The notes beneath the pieces are model-generated. The model was not told where the DNA came from, searched no databases, and worked only from the letters and a program-made list of their open reading frames with translations. A DNA stretch of 63,440 nucleotides, the filler included, from Klebsormidium nitens (taxonomy: Eukaryota > Plantae > Klebsormidiophyceae): NCBI GenBank assembly GCA_000708835.1. It is 6 parts of 6 records of this genome, joined end to end, with 100 filler letters (N's around TTAATTAATTAA, not from the genome) between each part and the next. Parts side by side here need not be neighbours in the genome. Positions count along the whole stretch, not along the records: positions 9,343 to 34,462 come from DF237854.1; 5 more parts are not named here. One strand, given 5' to 3'. A program made the position numbers and the translations under genes. Shown piece after piece: positions 9,343-20,145 of the stretch (position 1 is its first letter; the number at the start of each line of letters is the position of its first letter).

Positions 9343-12300
9343 TGTAGGCCGCCGATGGCACTTGAAGGAAGCCGCCCTCTCCATAGCACTGGGGCTCGCG
9401 GACCTCCAGCTCGAACAGGAGCGAGTTGGCGACCCGCTTGAGCGCCGCCCCTCGCTGCTCCGCGTATTCCATCGCCGCCGCCTCCAGCTGCCCCATGAGC
9501 CTCAGCCTCTCGCCTTCGATTGTCCACAGATGCTCGGTAGCATCATGGAGGGCGGCCAGTGGCGATCGCGAGGACGGATCCGGCCGGTTTGCGCTCGGCT
9601 CAAAGCAGAGGAGGTTCGTGGCGTAGATGTCGCGCACGAGGGGGCGGAGCGTCGGTGGAAAGGCATACAGCCCCCCGGCAACGGGGTGGAGGCGCAAGAT
9701 GGCCGCCACCATGGGGCCGTCGTTGGAAAGGTACGCCAACCCGCGCTCGTCGAGAGGGCCCTCGAGCAACACGTGCCTCAGCAGCTTCAAGGTGACCACG
9801 TGCCCAAACACCCACGAGTAGCGAGGGATGAGCAGGGCGTGGAGCAAGGCTCCGTACGGCTGGAAGTGCGTCGGGCACCAGCCGGTCGCTCCCACGGGCC
9901 CGTCCTTGAGGAACCCTTGCATCCACGGCCGCCGCGGAACTGCCTTGCAAATCGCACATGTGGCAGGGTCGCCACAAGCTCCCGACTCGATCACGAGGTC
10001 GATCAGAGCGCCCACGTTTGCCGGAAGCCTCTCCCGCATTACGACGAACTCCTCTGGCTTCAGAGGCGCGTTGCTCCCTTGCGCTGGAGCCTTGCGAAAG
10101 TTGCACCACCTCAGCGCAAGAGCTCGCACCGCTGGTCTAAGCTCCGACAGCCCGTTCCTATACTTCCAGGGGCAATCGATTCCCTCCAAGGGCACATCCG
10201 AAGGTCGTACTCCGCCCACGCTCAGAGGAGTAAAGCCCCCAGCAACCCTCGGCGCTTTTGGGTCCGGTTCGCAGATGCTGTGCAAGGACGCTTCAGTGCC
10301 GGAGTCTCGCATCGCGCTCGAGTTGGCAAAGAAGGTCCCATCGAAGGTGATGACCTTGTCCCGCCCAAAAGCGTACGTAGCCAGCTCAGAGCTCGGCCCC
10401 TCCGTTCGCTCTGGCCTCAGGGGGTTGCCAACCATTCGGGCCTCCGCCTCAGCCGCTTCCACCTCGCCCGTGTAGAGGTGCGCGCAATCGACGCGCGAGC
10501 ACACGTGACGGATCTGAGACCGTGCCGCCAGGTCGTTGAAGGCCTGCATCGCCGAGTCAAACACCCGGTCGTCCAGCCTAGGAACGTTCGGCCCCTCGAG
10601 ACACCTCGTCGCCATGTCCCCCGCCTCAAAGTTGAGGCTATGGGCCGCCCCCAGGGCCGCCGCAAAGTGATTGCGCAAGAGGAGGCCGTGCGAGATGAGG
10701 TTGGTGCCGGAAAAGTTGAAGATACCGTCCTCCTGCAAAGAGAAAGGGCAGTAACCTCAGTTGCGCGTACAAAGTACATCGAATTCTTTGTACTATTCTG
10801 TCATGGGCTTCGAACGACAAATTCGCGCTTGCTTTGAGCGTGGTCGGTGAGAATGGCTTGCTCGGTCTTTCGGACTTGGCAGCTTCAGCATGTACCTGCA
10901 AAGATGCACAGGCGGCTATCGGAACGATGATGCATGAGTTTCCCGTTCCACGCGGCGTCGCACCCGGTCCGCTACATTTTGAGACCGTTTGGCCCCAAGA
11001 GTGTTGCACAATATGCAACAATGCTTGGACCGAACTTCGATGGCCCATGGAACCGCATAAGGGCTTGCCAATCTGCTTAAGTTGTGTAAACTTTGGAATG
11101 CACCGCGCGCTCGACTGCTTGACCACAGCAGAGGCCAGAAGAAAGTATCAAATCAAGGACATTTCTTCACTTCAATGGGCTCCTCATCCTTTGGGTTTCG
11201 TAAGGACCCGCTTCTATCGAGAGTCGGACCTGCGAGTGCTAGCTGTTCAAGAGCGAGGAGGTCCAATGGGCTTCAATAGTGCTCTGGAAGATCGACGAGC
11301 AAAAGCCATCAAGGAACGAAGAGAGAGGCTTGTCAAACATTACCATGACCTAGCAGAGCTCGGAAGATGCTTCCAGACGCAAGCCGTTCTGGCCGGTCTC
11401 AATCCAACTGAATGCATGGACCTCAGATTAAAACGCGAAAACCGTGAACAAGAGTTGGAGCGCATCTTTCGCGAGGAGGCAATCCAACAATAATCAATCC
11501 TTCGTTGCCTAGTACCGTTGGAGCCTCAACAAGGATTCTGGACCGAAGCAGACTTTTCGCCCATCGTCAAAGCCAAGTACATATTTGACTATCTCAGTAA
11601 TAATGCGTTGCTACCTTCAGAAGCAGCATACCAACAATACAAGAGGTGCGCACAGAGTCGATGGAGAAATATGTACGGCGATGAAGGAGTTTGGACGCAC
11701 CTGGCCGTCGTAGGCTACTGAGCAGCATGCCGCCTCGCGTCCGGGAGCGATGCGGCAGACACGCCGGTAGGTGGTGATAGGAAAGCGCGCCCTCGCCGTT
11801 GTCAGAGACGCCTTCCTGCTCTCCAGCTGCCATGGACGGCCGCATGGAGAGAGCAACTCGGCGGGCCGTGGAGCGCAAAAGTGCTTTGCTTTGTCCCGCC
11901 GTCGCACGCCCTCCTCGCCCCACCGTTCACAAAGGCTCGCGACACTCTCTCCGCCCCGGCTCATGACCGTGTCAATCTTCCGGTGGCTGTGGCCCATGTC
12001 GAGCGCCGCCGCCAAGAGACACTCCCAAGGCTCGAGGGTCTTTTGGTGGGTGCACGCAACTCTCGAGTCAGGTCGCCGGCACGCGGGGTCGTTGCAAACC
12101 AAGAGCCTCCTCGACTCCGCTTCACGCTCCAGAATCCTCTCTGCCCGCCTCTCAGCGAGGGTTCGCGTAGCCTCGCTCCCGCCTCCATCAATTGCGCGCT
12201 CAATCAGGGGCAAGGTTTGCTTTGAGAGCATCTCCAGAAGGTGCCGGCACCGCTCTAAACCCGTGCAGTCGACGCCGCTGCAATGCGCATTCTCTCCCCA

Positions 12301-13618
12301 GAGCACGCAAACCACGGGCTCTTCTCCAGGGTTGCTAACGACGAACACTTGGAGGTGCGGCCCGCCTTTCCACGCCTCCGCGTCTAGCCCAAAGAGAGCA
12401 GCCCCCACGCACCCCCCTTGTTCCAGGGGCAACACCCAAGGCACGCCGCTTGTGACCTCGCGAACAAACGGCCGGCTGTTGTAAAAGGCCGTGAAGATGG
12501 CCTCCCTGCCCTGCCACCAGCCGCTCATGAGACGCGTCGCCTCTNNNNNNNNNNNNNNNNNNNNNNNNNNNNNNNNNNNNNNNNNNNNNNNNNNNNNNNN
12601 NNNNNNNNNNNNNNNNNNNNNNNNNNNNNNNNNNNNNNNNNNNNNNNNNNNNNNNNNNNNNNNNNNNNNNNNNNNNNNNNNNNNNNNNNNNNNNNNNNNN
12701 NNNNNNNNNNNNNNNNNNNNNNNNNNNNNNNNNNNNNNNNNNNNNNNNNNNNNNNNNNNNNNNNNNNNNNNNNNNNNNNNNNNNNNNNNNNNNNNNNNNN
12801 NNNNNNNNNNNNNNNNNNNNNNNNNNNNNNNNNNNNNNNNNNNNNNNNNNNNNNNNNNNNNNNNNNNNNNNNNNNNNNNNNNNNNNNNNNNNNNNNNNNN
12901 NNNNNNNNNNNNNNNNNNNNNNNNNNNNNNNNNNNNNNNNNNNNNNNNNNNNNNNNNNNNNNNNNNNNNNNNNNNNNNNNNNNNNNNNNNNNNNNNNNNN
13001 NNNNNNNNNNNNNNNNNNNNNNNNNNNNNNNNNNNNNNNNNNNNNNNNNNNNNNNNNNNNNNNNNNNNNNNNNNNNNNNNNNNNNNNNNNNNNNNNNNNN
13101 NNNNNNNNNNNNNNNNNNNNNNNNNNNNNNNNNNNNNNNNNNNNNNNNNNNNNNNNNNNNNNNNNNNNNNNNNNNNNNNNNNNNNNNNNNNNNNNNNNNN
13201 NNNNNNNNNNNNNNNNNNNNNNNNNNNNNNNNNNNNNNNNNNCTGCCCCCTTTCCGCCACAGGTGCGGCCGATGCACGTCGAGCCAAATCCGCCCCGAGC
13301 AAAAGCTCCGGCAGGCCGCAAGCTGAAGGCGAGCCCGTAGTCGAACGCAAAGTCGGCGGCTCCCTGCTTGGTCGCATAGGAGAGGCGGCCTCCTCGCACG
13401 CCCCCAGCATTTGGTAGGGGCGGGACGGCAGCCGGGACGCTTCTAACGTCGCCAAAGACTGGAGCCGGGCCCTTGAAGTGGACTGCCGCGCAGCTCCTGA
13501 CGGCTTGACCGGCCTTCAGGGTGTCGTGCAGGCTCGCTGAGGCCGCTGGGGTGGTCGAAGCGATGAGAGCGATGCCGGAGGGGTCTTTCTCGTCACGGGA
13601 CGCCGTCACGAGATTCAT
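9343..13618 (-). mobile_element. KDZ (Kyakuja-Dileera-Zisupton)-type transposase gene with SWIM-like and CxC4-like cysteine clusters; 3'-truncated by contig end
   Basis: Probable ATG at 13618 (MNLVTASRDEK), gap 12545-13242, exon to 11701, phase-0 intron 11700-10733 (GTGCGT...TTTGCAG), then exon 10732-9343. The splice rebuilds ...RRVCRIAPGREAACCSVAYDGQ|EDGIFNFSGTNLISHGLLL, a CxC4-like YDG-x-GIFN-x-H-x-LL pattern. Also present: SWIM-like HCSGVDCTGLERCRH and VCSRVDC...VITFDGTFF (first catalytic Asp region of KDZ-type transposases). Confidence 0.65.
10834..11721 (+). pseudogene. XPA/Rad14-like protein (C4 zinc finger, XPA_C-like domain, coiled coil) nested antisense in the transposase intron; interrupted by one in-frame TAA
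   Basis: ORFs 10834-11493 and 11518-11721 are in the same frame, separated only by TAA at 11491-11493 (EAIQQ*SILRCLVPLEPQQGFW). The pattern CTIC...CLSC...LTTAEARRKYQIKDISSL...RFYRESDLRVLAVQERGG...ALEDRRAKAIKERRERL parallels the XPA core (ITKTEAK-Y-L-DL...LYL-V...WG...coiled coil). Confidence 0.6.
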
Positions 13619-13729
13619 CCTGGGACCGAAGAGAAAGCTTTGAGTTTGAGCAGGTTTTGATGGTCCTAAGCCTCTGCGGCACCCCTGAAATCCGCTCATC
13701 ATGTGAAACACAAAGTTGCACGTCATGTC

Positions 13730-15230
13730 GTGGCCCGATGGCCGCCTAATGCTGGTCCACACCTTGCAGATGGCTTCGTTCCCGGTTCCTCATATAACTA
13801 TTGGCAACGTGTGGTCCATCAGAACCGAAATTGCTTGCCACATGCGCCTGGACGGTCCGTACGGCCGGCTTGCCTTTGCGGGCAGCTGGACCACACCTTG
13901 TACACGGTTCTTCTCAGCAAAGATCCGAATCCTTAATAAGTATTAGCAACGTGTGGTCCATCAGGACCAGACCTGCTTGCCAATTGCTTCTGAAGAGCAG
14001 GGATGGCCGGTATACCTTACGAGCGGCTGGACCACACCTTGTATACAGCTTCGCCCAACAAAGAGCCAAATCCTTTATAACTATTGGCAGCGTGTGGTCC
14101 ATCAGGACCGAAATTGCTTGCCATGTGGTTCTGAATGGCCGGAATGGCCGGTTTGACTTACGATTGGGTGGACCACACCTTGTATGAAGCTCGGCAAACG
14201 GGGGGAGTTCATAAGAATCTTTGACAACGTGTGGTCCAACTGGATCGAAAAATGCGTGCCAGAATGGCCAGCCTACCTTACAAATTTGCTGGACCACACC
14301 TTGCGTACGGCTTGCCACCAGCAACGAGTTGATTTCCTAATAACTAGTGACAGCATATGGTCCACCAAGACCCCACTTGCTTGCCATATGCTTCTGGATG
14401 GCCGGAATGGCCGGCCTGCCTTACGGAATGTTTGGACCACACCTTGCATAGTGTTATTCTTAGCAAAGAGCCAAATTCCCAAAGAACTATTGGCAACGTG
14501 TGGTCCACCAGGACCCGCTTTGCTTGCCATATGCATCTGCCATGGTTCAATGATTTAGTGCGTTCAGTAGACAGTGGACCACACCTTGTATGAAGCTCGG
14601 CTGGGCAAAGTGGGGGGGATTTATAAGAAAGTTTGACAACATGTGGTCCATCAAGACCACACCTGCTTGCCATATGCTTCTAGATGGCACGGATGGCCGG
14701 CTTGACTTTTGATTGGGTGGACCACACCTCGTACAAAGCTTGGCCAGGCAAAAGGGGGAAGTTCATAAGAATCTTTGACAACGTGTGGTCCACTGCCAAC
14801 GGGACCAAAAACGCTTGCAATTCAATTCTGAAACGTCCCGGATGGCCGGACTGACCTGCAGGCGGTCTGACTCGTGGTTGGCTGGACCACACGTTGCAAA
14901 TGACTTTTACTGGCAAGAGAGCGGAGTTTCTATACATCAATGGCAAGGTGTGGTCCAAGTCGAGATGGTTGCAAACGCCAGTAAAAAGATGAAGGGGCTG
15001 GACCCGACCTTGTATAGGGCTTCTACTGCAAAGATTGAAAGCGTGGTTGACTGTACTACGGGCTCATGTGGACAAAGGGTCCGAGACTGCTTGCCATATG
15101 CTTCTAAATGATTGGTATGGTCGGTTTGACTTGCGATGCTGGACCACACTTTGCATGAGGTGCCGTCCATCAAAGAGCTGCCAGGTTCTGAAAAGAAACT
15201 GCTTCAATCAAGGTGTGGTCCTTCAGCTGG
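13730..15230. repeat. Tandem array of ~11 degenerate ~140-bp units, each with inverted arms GTGTGGTCCA...TGGACCACAC
   Basis: GTGTGGTCCA-like arms at about 13809, 13951, 14092, 14229, 14355, 14498, 14641, 14783, 14948, 15066 and 15213. TGGACCACAC arms at about 13753, 13887, 14028, 14169, 14290, 14433, 14575, 14718, 14883, 14999 and 15140. All frames are broken by stops. Confidence 0.92.
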
Positions 15231-16170
15231 CAACTGAGGAGCCGACCACCGTTTGCTAAGATTGAAGCCATTGAAATGAACGAGGAGTCTGTGCAGCCCA
15301 TAAGTTGGAGTCGGGCAGTTGCCCACTCTTCAAGACCCCGGAGCATGAAGTTGAAAATACCCAGTAAAACCAGCACTGAGGCTGCATCCGGTTCAAACTC
15401 ACCTTCATTTGTACACCTGGCAAAGCGAGCCCAGGGCTACTGGATCTGCAGTGGGACCAGCTCCACAGCTCCGGGCCACCGGCAACGTATCTCAAGCTGG
15501 CTCCAACTCCCAATGCGAGTGCAGTACGCTCCGCCAGGCCCTGGAGTGTCACATTGACACCGCACTGATCCACTGAAGTCTGACACTGGTCACTACAGTA
15601 GACCCAATCGGGAGCATAGCTTATGGATTCTGCGCCAAACCGGGCACTTTGTGTGGAGTTCGGCAGAATCGCCTATCGACGGCGCTCGACTGAACCCTGC
15701 TCATCGGACGGCCGAGAGAGTTGGGTGGGATTTGAGACTCGCGCCGCCCCGATCGGGCGCGCGGCCCAGAAGCGCCGGCCTGCCCGGAAGTGCGCAAGGG
15801 TTTTGAACTCAAACCCCGCCGCGCGTTATCTATGCGAACCGTTGTTCTTTTCAGCCCCCTAAGAAACGACTTGTTAGGTACCCCCTCGCACGGTCATGAA
15901 CAGACCTCGGGCTCGGCCATCGAGTCTTTTGGCAGCGCCTGTGCACTGAGCAGGAGGAAGCAGCTGGTGCACGCTGGCGCCACAAAAGTTCGACAAACCC
16001 TCTGAATTGTGAATTGTCAACAGTGTCTGGCGGGGCCGCAAAGGAAGAAAAGAGCAGAGCTCACGGGGTTCTTTGAAAGGCACGTGTAAGGAGAAAGGCT
16101 GACAAAAAGCCTGCAAGGACGCTCGTAGTCATGCTGCAGCTTTGGAGTGCTTGATATGCTAGCAAGCCAG

Positions 16171-16531
16171 AAACCAAGGTTCTTTGGTGGACCTTTCGAT
16201 TACGTAGATTGGTGCACGTGCGGTAGGTATCTCTCCTGCACTTGCCAGAGAAGAACAGAATTGTACAGCTCGATTTGTAAAGCATGCCTTGTCTTTGAAG
16301 TTGCTCCTGTCTTCATCATGATCTTTCAATATGTCAGGATGCATAAAAGGAGGAGTTCTTCGCTTGACTGTATTTTGTACATCCAATTTGAGTCTCAAGA
16401 GATTGGAAGTTGGTGCCCGTCATGTTGCACATTGGCAAGGAGGAAACAACGAGTGGTTTCCTTTCACAGAATCGCTTAGGCCTCACATTCTTGCACCACC
16501 ACTTTTCTGGTCAAAGTGGACCCCTTATTGA
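16171..16531 (+). CDS. 3' exons of an unidentified small gene
   Basis: Exons 16171-16222 (KPRFFGGPFDYVDWCTC) and 16338-16531 (GCIKGGVLRLTVFC...WFPFTESLRPHILAPPLFWSKWTPY*) join in matching phase 1. Upstream exons (~15870-15990) are uncertain and I recognise no family. Confidence 0.4.
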
Positions 16532-16778
16532 CTATATTTTTACACGCCCGCAAAAATGACATTCTGAACCACCTGCCTGACACAGCAAATCCGCATAATT
16601 TCTAGAGTCTGGTCTGCGTCGAGTGCATCACAATCGAGCAGTTTACATAGTGATTTGATCAGTGCGATTAGAGAACAAGCATGCTTCTGCTTGCTGCAGA
16701 TCTCTTTGTAACATCTTCACAGAAGTGCGGCAAGTTGCTGCCTGCACTGCCTGAGGGCGGCTGGGGTCAGGATATACG

Positions 16779-18861
16779 ATGGTGAGTACGCCACTGCCCT
16801 ATCATATGCTGCGGTGCCGGATTCGTTTCTTGCAGCCTTGAGCTGGACAGGTATGCCAGTGGTTGATGGCAGGCAGGCAGGATCTTATTTCCTCTGTTGC
16901 TGTTGCAGCTGCCCCTCTCCCTCCTGAAGACGGCGCAAGGGCATCCCATGGTGAGCGTCGCGCAAACGTCTCCGCTGCCTGCAATCTGCACAGCCTGTTG
17001 GGCCTGCACAGAAAGTGTGAAACTGAGCGGGTAGAAGACATGAAGAAGACCGCAATTTTGCAAGAGTAACCGATTTCTGCATTGTCTGCTTTGACTGTGC
17101 CTTTTGTTCGCACACGGCCCCCTGGGTGCTGACTGCGGGGCGGATGTGGTCCAGCTAGTGGAGCTGAAGAATGGCGAGACGTACAACGGGCACCTGGTCA
17201 ACTGCGACACCTGGATGAACATCCACCTGCGCGAGGTCATCTGCACCTCCAAGGTCAGGCCGCAGCCCCGTGCAACCTTCGTGTATACCCCTCATGGTGC
17301 TTGACTCGAGTCAGATTGTTGTTTATGAATTATTCTCTCTGACGGGCCAGTCACCTCCTCCTGTTCACCTCCTCCTTGTGCAAGGCTGCGCAGTGGTAGA
17401 GGGAGGTATTTCGGGTCCTTGACAATAATCATCCCGCAGACTTGCTTTACATTTGCCCCGTATGTTGTAAATGGTGTCCAGACCGCTCGTAACAACTGGC
17501 AACTGACCTAGCAAGGCAACAGTGAATCAAACATTTTTGTCTTTTTGTTCCAATGCACCTTTGTTTCCAAATACTTGATTCTAATCTTTGAGTTCGACAT
17601 GACACTCCTAAGTTCCGATACCAGCTTATTAAATGGAAGGAGTTGCGGGTATTTCGCTTCGTTCGTTTTGGCCTCAACAAGAACAGCCTCAGGTTTCAAG
17701 GACCACCAGAGCAAAGGCTCTTCCTTTCAACCTTCATCATGTCAAATTTCACATTGTGTAGGACGGGGACCGCTTCTGGCGCATGCCCGAGTGCTATGTG
17801 CGCGGCAACACGATCAAGTACTTGCGCGTGCCGGACGAGGTCATTGACAAGGTGCAGGAGGAGACCATCAAGCGGCAAGGTCAGCGCTCAACATGTTCTG
17901 CGGACTTGCCGTGTTTGTCGACGAAGTTGGATTGTGATCTGCACTCCATATCTCGTTATGGTTATTGGTCGGTCCTGTGGGATGGGCCAGGCGGCTGCGA
18001 TGAAAGTAGCCCCTCGCTGTTACGCAAACGTGTTGTTCGCAACGGGCTGCTCCCTGGCAATTGATGCGTCCTGCCGAAGCTGCACCCTCCAACCCGCGCT
18101 GCCTTGTTGTTATTGCAGAGCGGCGGCCCAACGTGGGCGGGCGAGGTCGGGGCCGGGGGGGCGGAGGAGGCCGGGGGGGACGAGGGGAAGAGGGGGCGGA
18201 GGGGGGCGGCGAGTATGGCGGGGGACGAGGGGGGAGGGGGGACGAGGAGGGCGGGGCGGGCCAGGCGGGCCAGGCGGCGCGGGGGAAGGGCGGGGCGGGC
18301 GGGGGGGAGGCAGAGGGGGCCGAGGTGAGTGGGCGGGCTTTGTTGGGTTCTGTTGAGGTTCGGCTTTGAGACCCTTGATGCGAAGTGGGCTGCTCTTGCA
18401 AGGAGTTGAAGGACAACGGGTCTGGCCGGAAGGTGTGTCAGCAAACTCAACCTTCAATCGATAAAATAACGAAGTGGCGCAGTGCGAGTCGTGCATTCGG
18501 GAACGCTATTCTATCTTCGATACAATCAGTCTCTGTTTTTTAAATTTGAGAACGGACCACCATGGATATGCTTGCGCTGATACGCCTGAGGCTCTTTCAA
18601 GTGCATTGAGTTCAACCCGAGTCGGCCTGTCCTTTTCGTGGTGAGACGCCACAATAGCACTAAAACGAGGAGCTCTTTCTTTTGCCGAAACACAGTCGTA
18701 CTGTGAGCCCGTTGATTCGCCCTGATCTGAACCCTTTGAGTGACCTGACAGCTGTCATTTGGGGCCTTCGAACTCTCCCCTCTGCACGTCTCCCTTAATC
18801 CTAGCTTCTGCTCGTGGTGTCAGGTCGAGGCGAAGGCGGGCGTGGCCGGGGACGAGAATAG
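16779..18861 (+). CDS. LSM4: Sm-like protein LSm4 with RGG-rich tail
   Basis: Exons 16779-16781 (ATG), 16909-16950 ([14 protein letters not shown]), 17155-17253 ([33 protein letters not shown]), 17762-17879 ([31 protein letters not shown]), 18119-18324 (RGG tail, apparent indel in G runs) and 18824-18861. Confidence 0.95.
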
Positions 18862-20145
18862 CCTGTGGTCCGCCACCAGCTGCTTTACCTACCTTCTATC
18901 GGGTAACAGCAGCACTGAAAAAAGGATTGATAAAGGCCGGAAGAGGCCAGAACGAGTCAGGTTCGGACACGGCGGCAAGGCCCGCGGCATGTTCGCCCGA
19001 GTGGCCTCTGTTGACAGCACCTCTTTAACCAGGCCGTACTTCTGGATTGGGCCGCTGCCAGAGCAGGATGTTGCGGTCCTTTTGAAAATGCCAATGCAAA
19101 TAGCATACTGCAAACGATAAGAGTTGTCAAGACTAGTCGGACATGTGATAGTTGAATCTGTATCGAAGATGCTTCAGGGCCCAGGCTTCGGTCAGGAGCT
19201 GTCTTGCCAATCTCCTCTGATTCAAGGTGATGTGCCACTGGTTTCAGAGATTTGCAATGGGCCAGTGCACGATTCATGCTTGTCAGTTTACCCTATTTGA
19301 CCATGCAGCGCCAAAACTTGCATGCGAGTTTGACACGAGTGCCTGCAAGTTGGTCGATCACTCAATAGCGCGCAAGGTATCGATAGCATGTGTGCAATCA
19401 GCTGGCTATATGTTCAATTAGCATCATCGCGTTGTTTGTCTACATTCTTCTGAGGGAGGCGCGGTGCATGCAGTGGAACACTAACATACATGAGGTGTTA
19501 ACAAGATGGGCAGCGTTCGTGCATGGCGCCAACACTGTGTGGTGCATGTTAATGCATGACAGCCTCCTTACAATCAAATTTTAGCCATGTGAGATGTGGT
19601 TTACATCAGTCAGCAATCCCTCAATCGAGGATCCAACCTCCTCGGATCCATGCAAACACGTTGAGACATAGGTGCACATGCGAGCAGCATGCAGGATTGA
19701 CCACAAGCCAACAGTGTAAGCCGCGTGTATTGTTGGAGCAATGGGGAAACAATGTAAAGAACGAAACCACATGACATGATTGGCGATGCACGCACTTCAA
19801 TTGACATGCCTAGCTCGAACCGCGACCACGGTCACGGTGTTGCTATCGGATGCACAGCCCAGTAATCGTGATAAAGAACAATTAAAAGAGCTCAGAAACA
19901 GCAAACGCACTAACAAGTCTCTCCGTCGCCTGGCCCAGCAGAGCTACCGCTCTGCAGTTGGATACCATTTCGCCTGGGTGCATTCTGACTGCAATCAACT
20001 TGAAGGCTTCCGGACTCATCAACCTCCTGCTCCTCTTNNNNNNNNNNNNNNNNNNNNTAGTTCCACCTTCCGACGAGTTGGTTGTTTTTCCAACACTGCG
20101 ACCGCTTCGGAACAAACCCGCTTTGTTTGTCAAGCCGATGTGGCT

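Noticed and set aside
9362-10837. 491-aa plus-strand ORF, and similar long antisense ORFs over the MOK and ParB exons
   Set aside because: These are shadow ORFs of GC-rich coding sequence on the opposite strand, with Arg/Pro/Gly-biased composition and no motifs.
11491-11493. TAA read as Gln (non-standard ulvophyte-type genetic code) to explain the interrupted XPA-like ORF
   Set aside because: RPL18A and UNC50 terminate with TAA, LSM4 with TAG, and no host gene here has internal TAA/TAG, so the standard code applies.
13730-15230. CRISPR array or repeat-protein gene
   Set aside because: The sequences between the arms are homologous rather than unique, no cas genes are present, the context is eukaryotic, and every frame has frequent stops.
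18119-18324. LSM4 as a pseudogene because the 206-nt RGG exon is out of phase
   Set aside because: The exon is a chain of G homopolymers prone to read errors; the Sm domain exons are intact.
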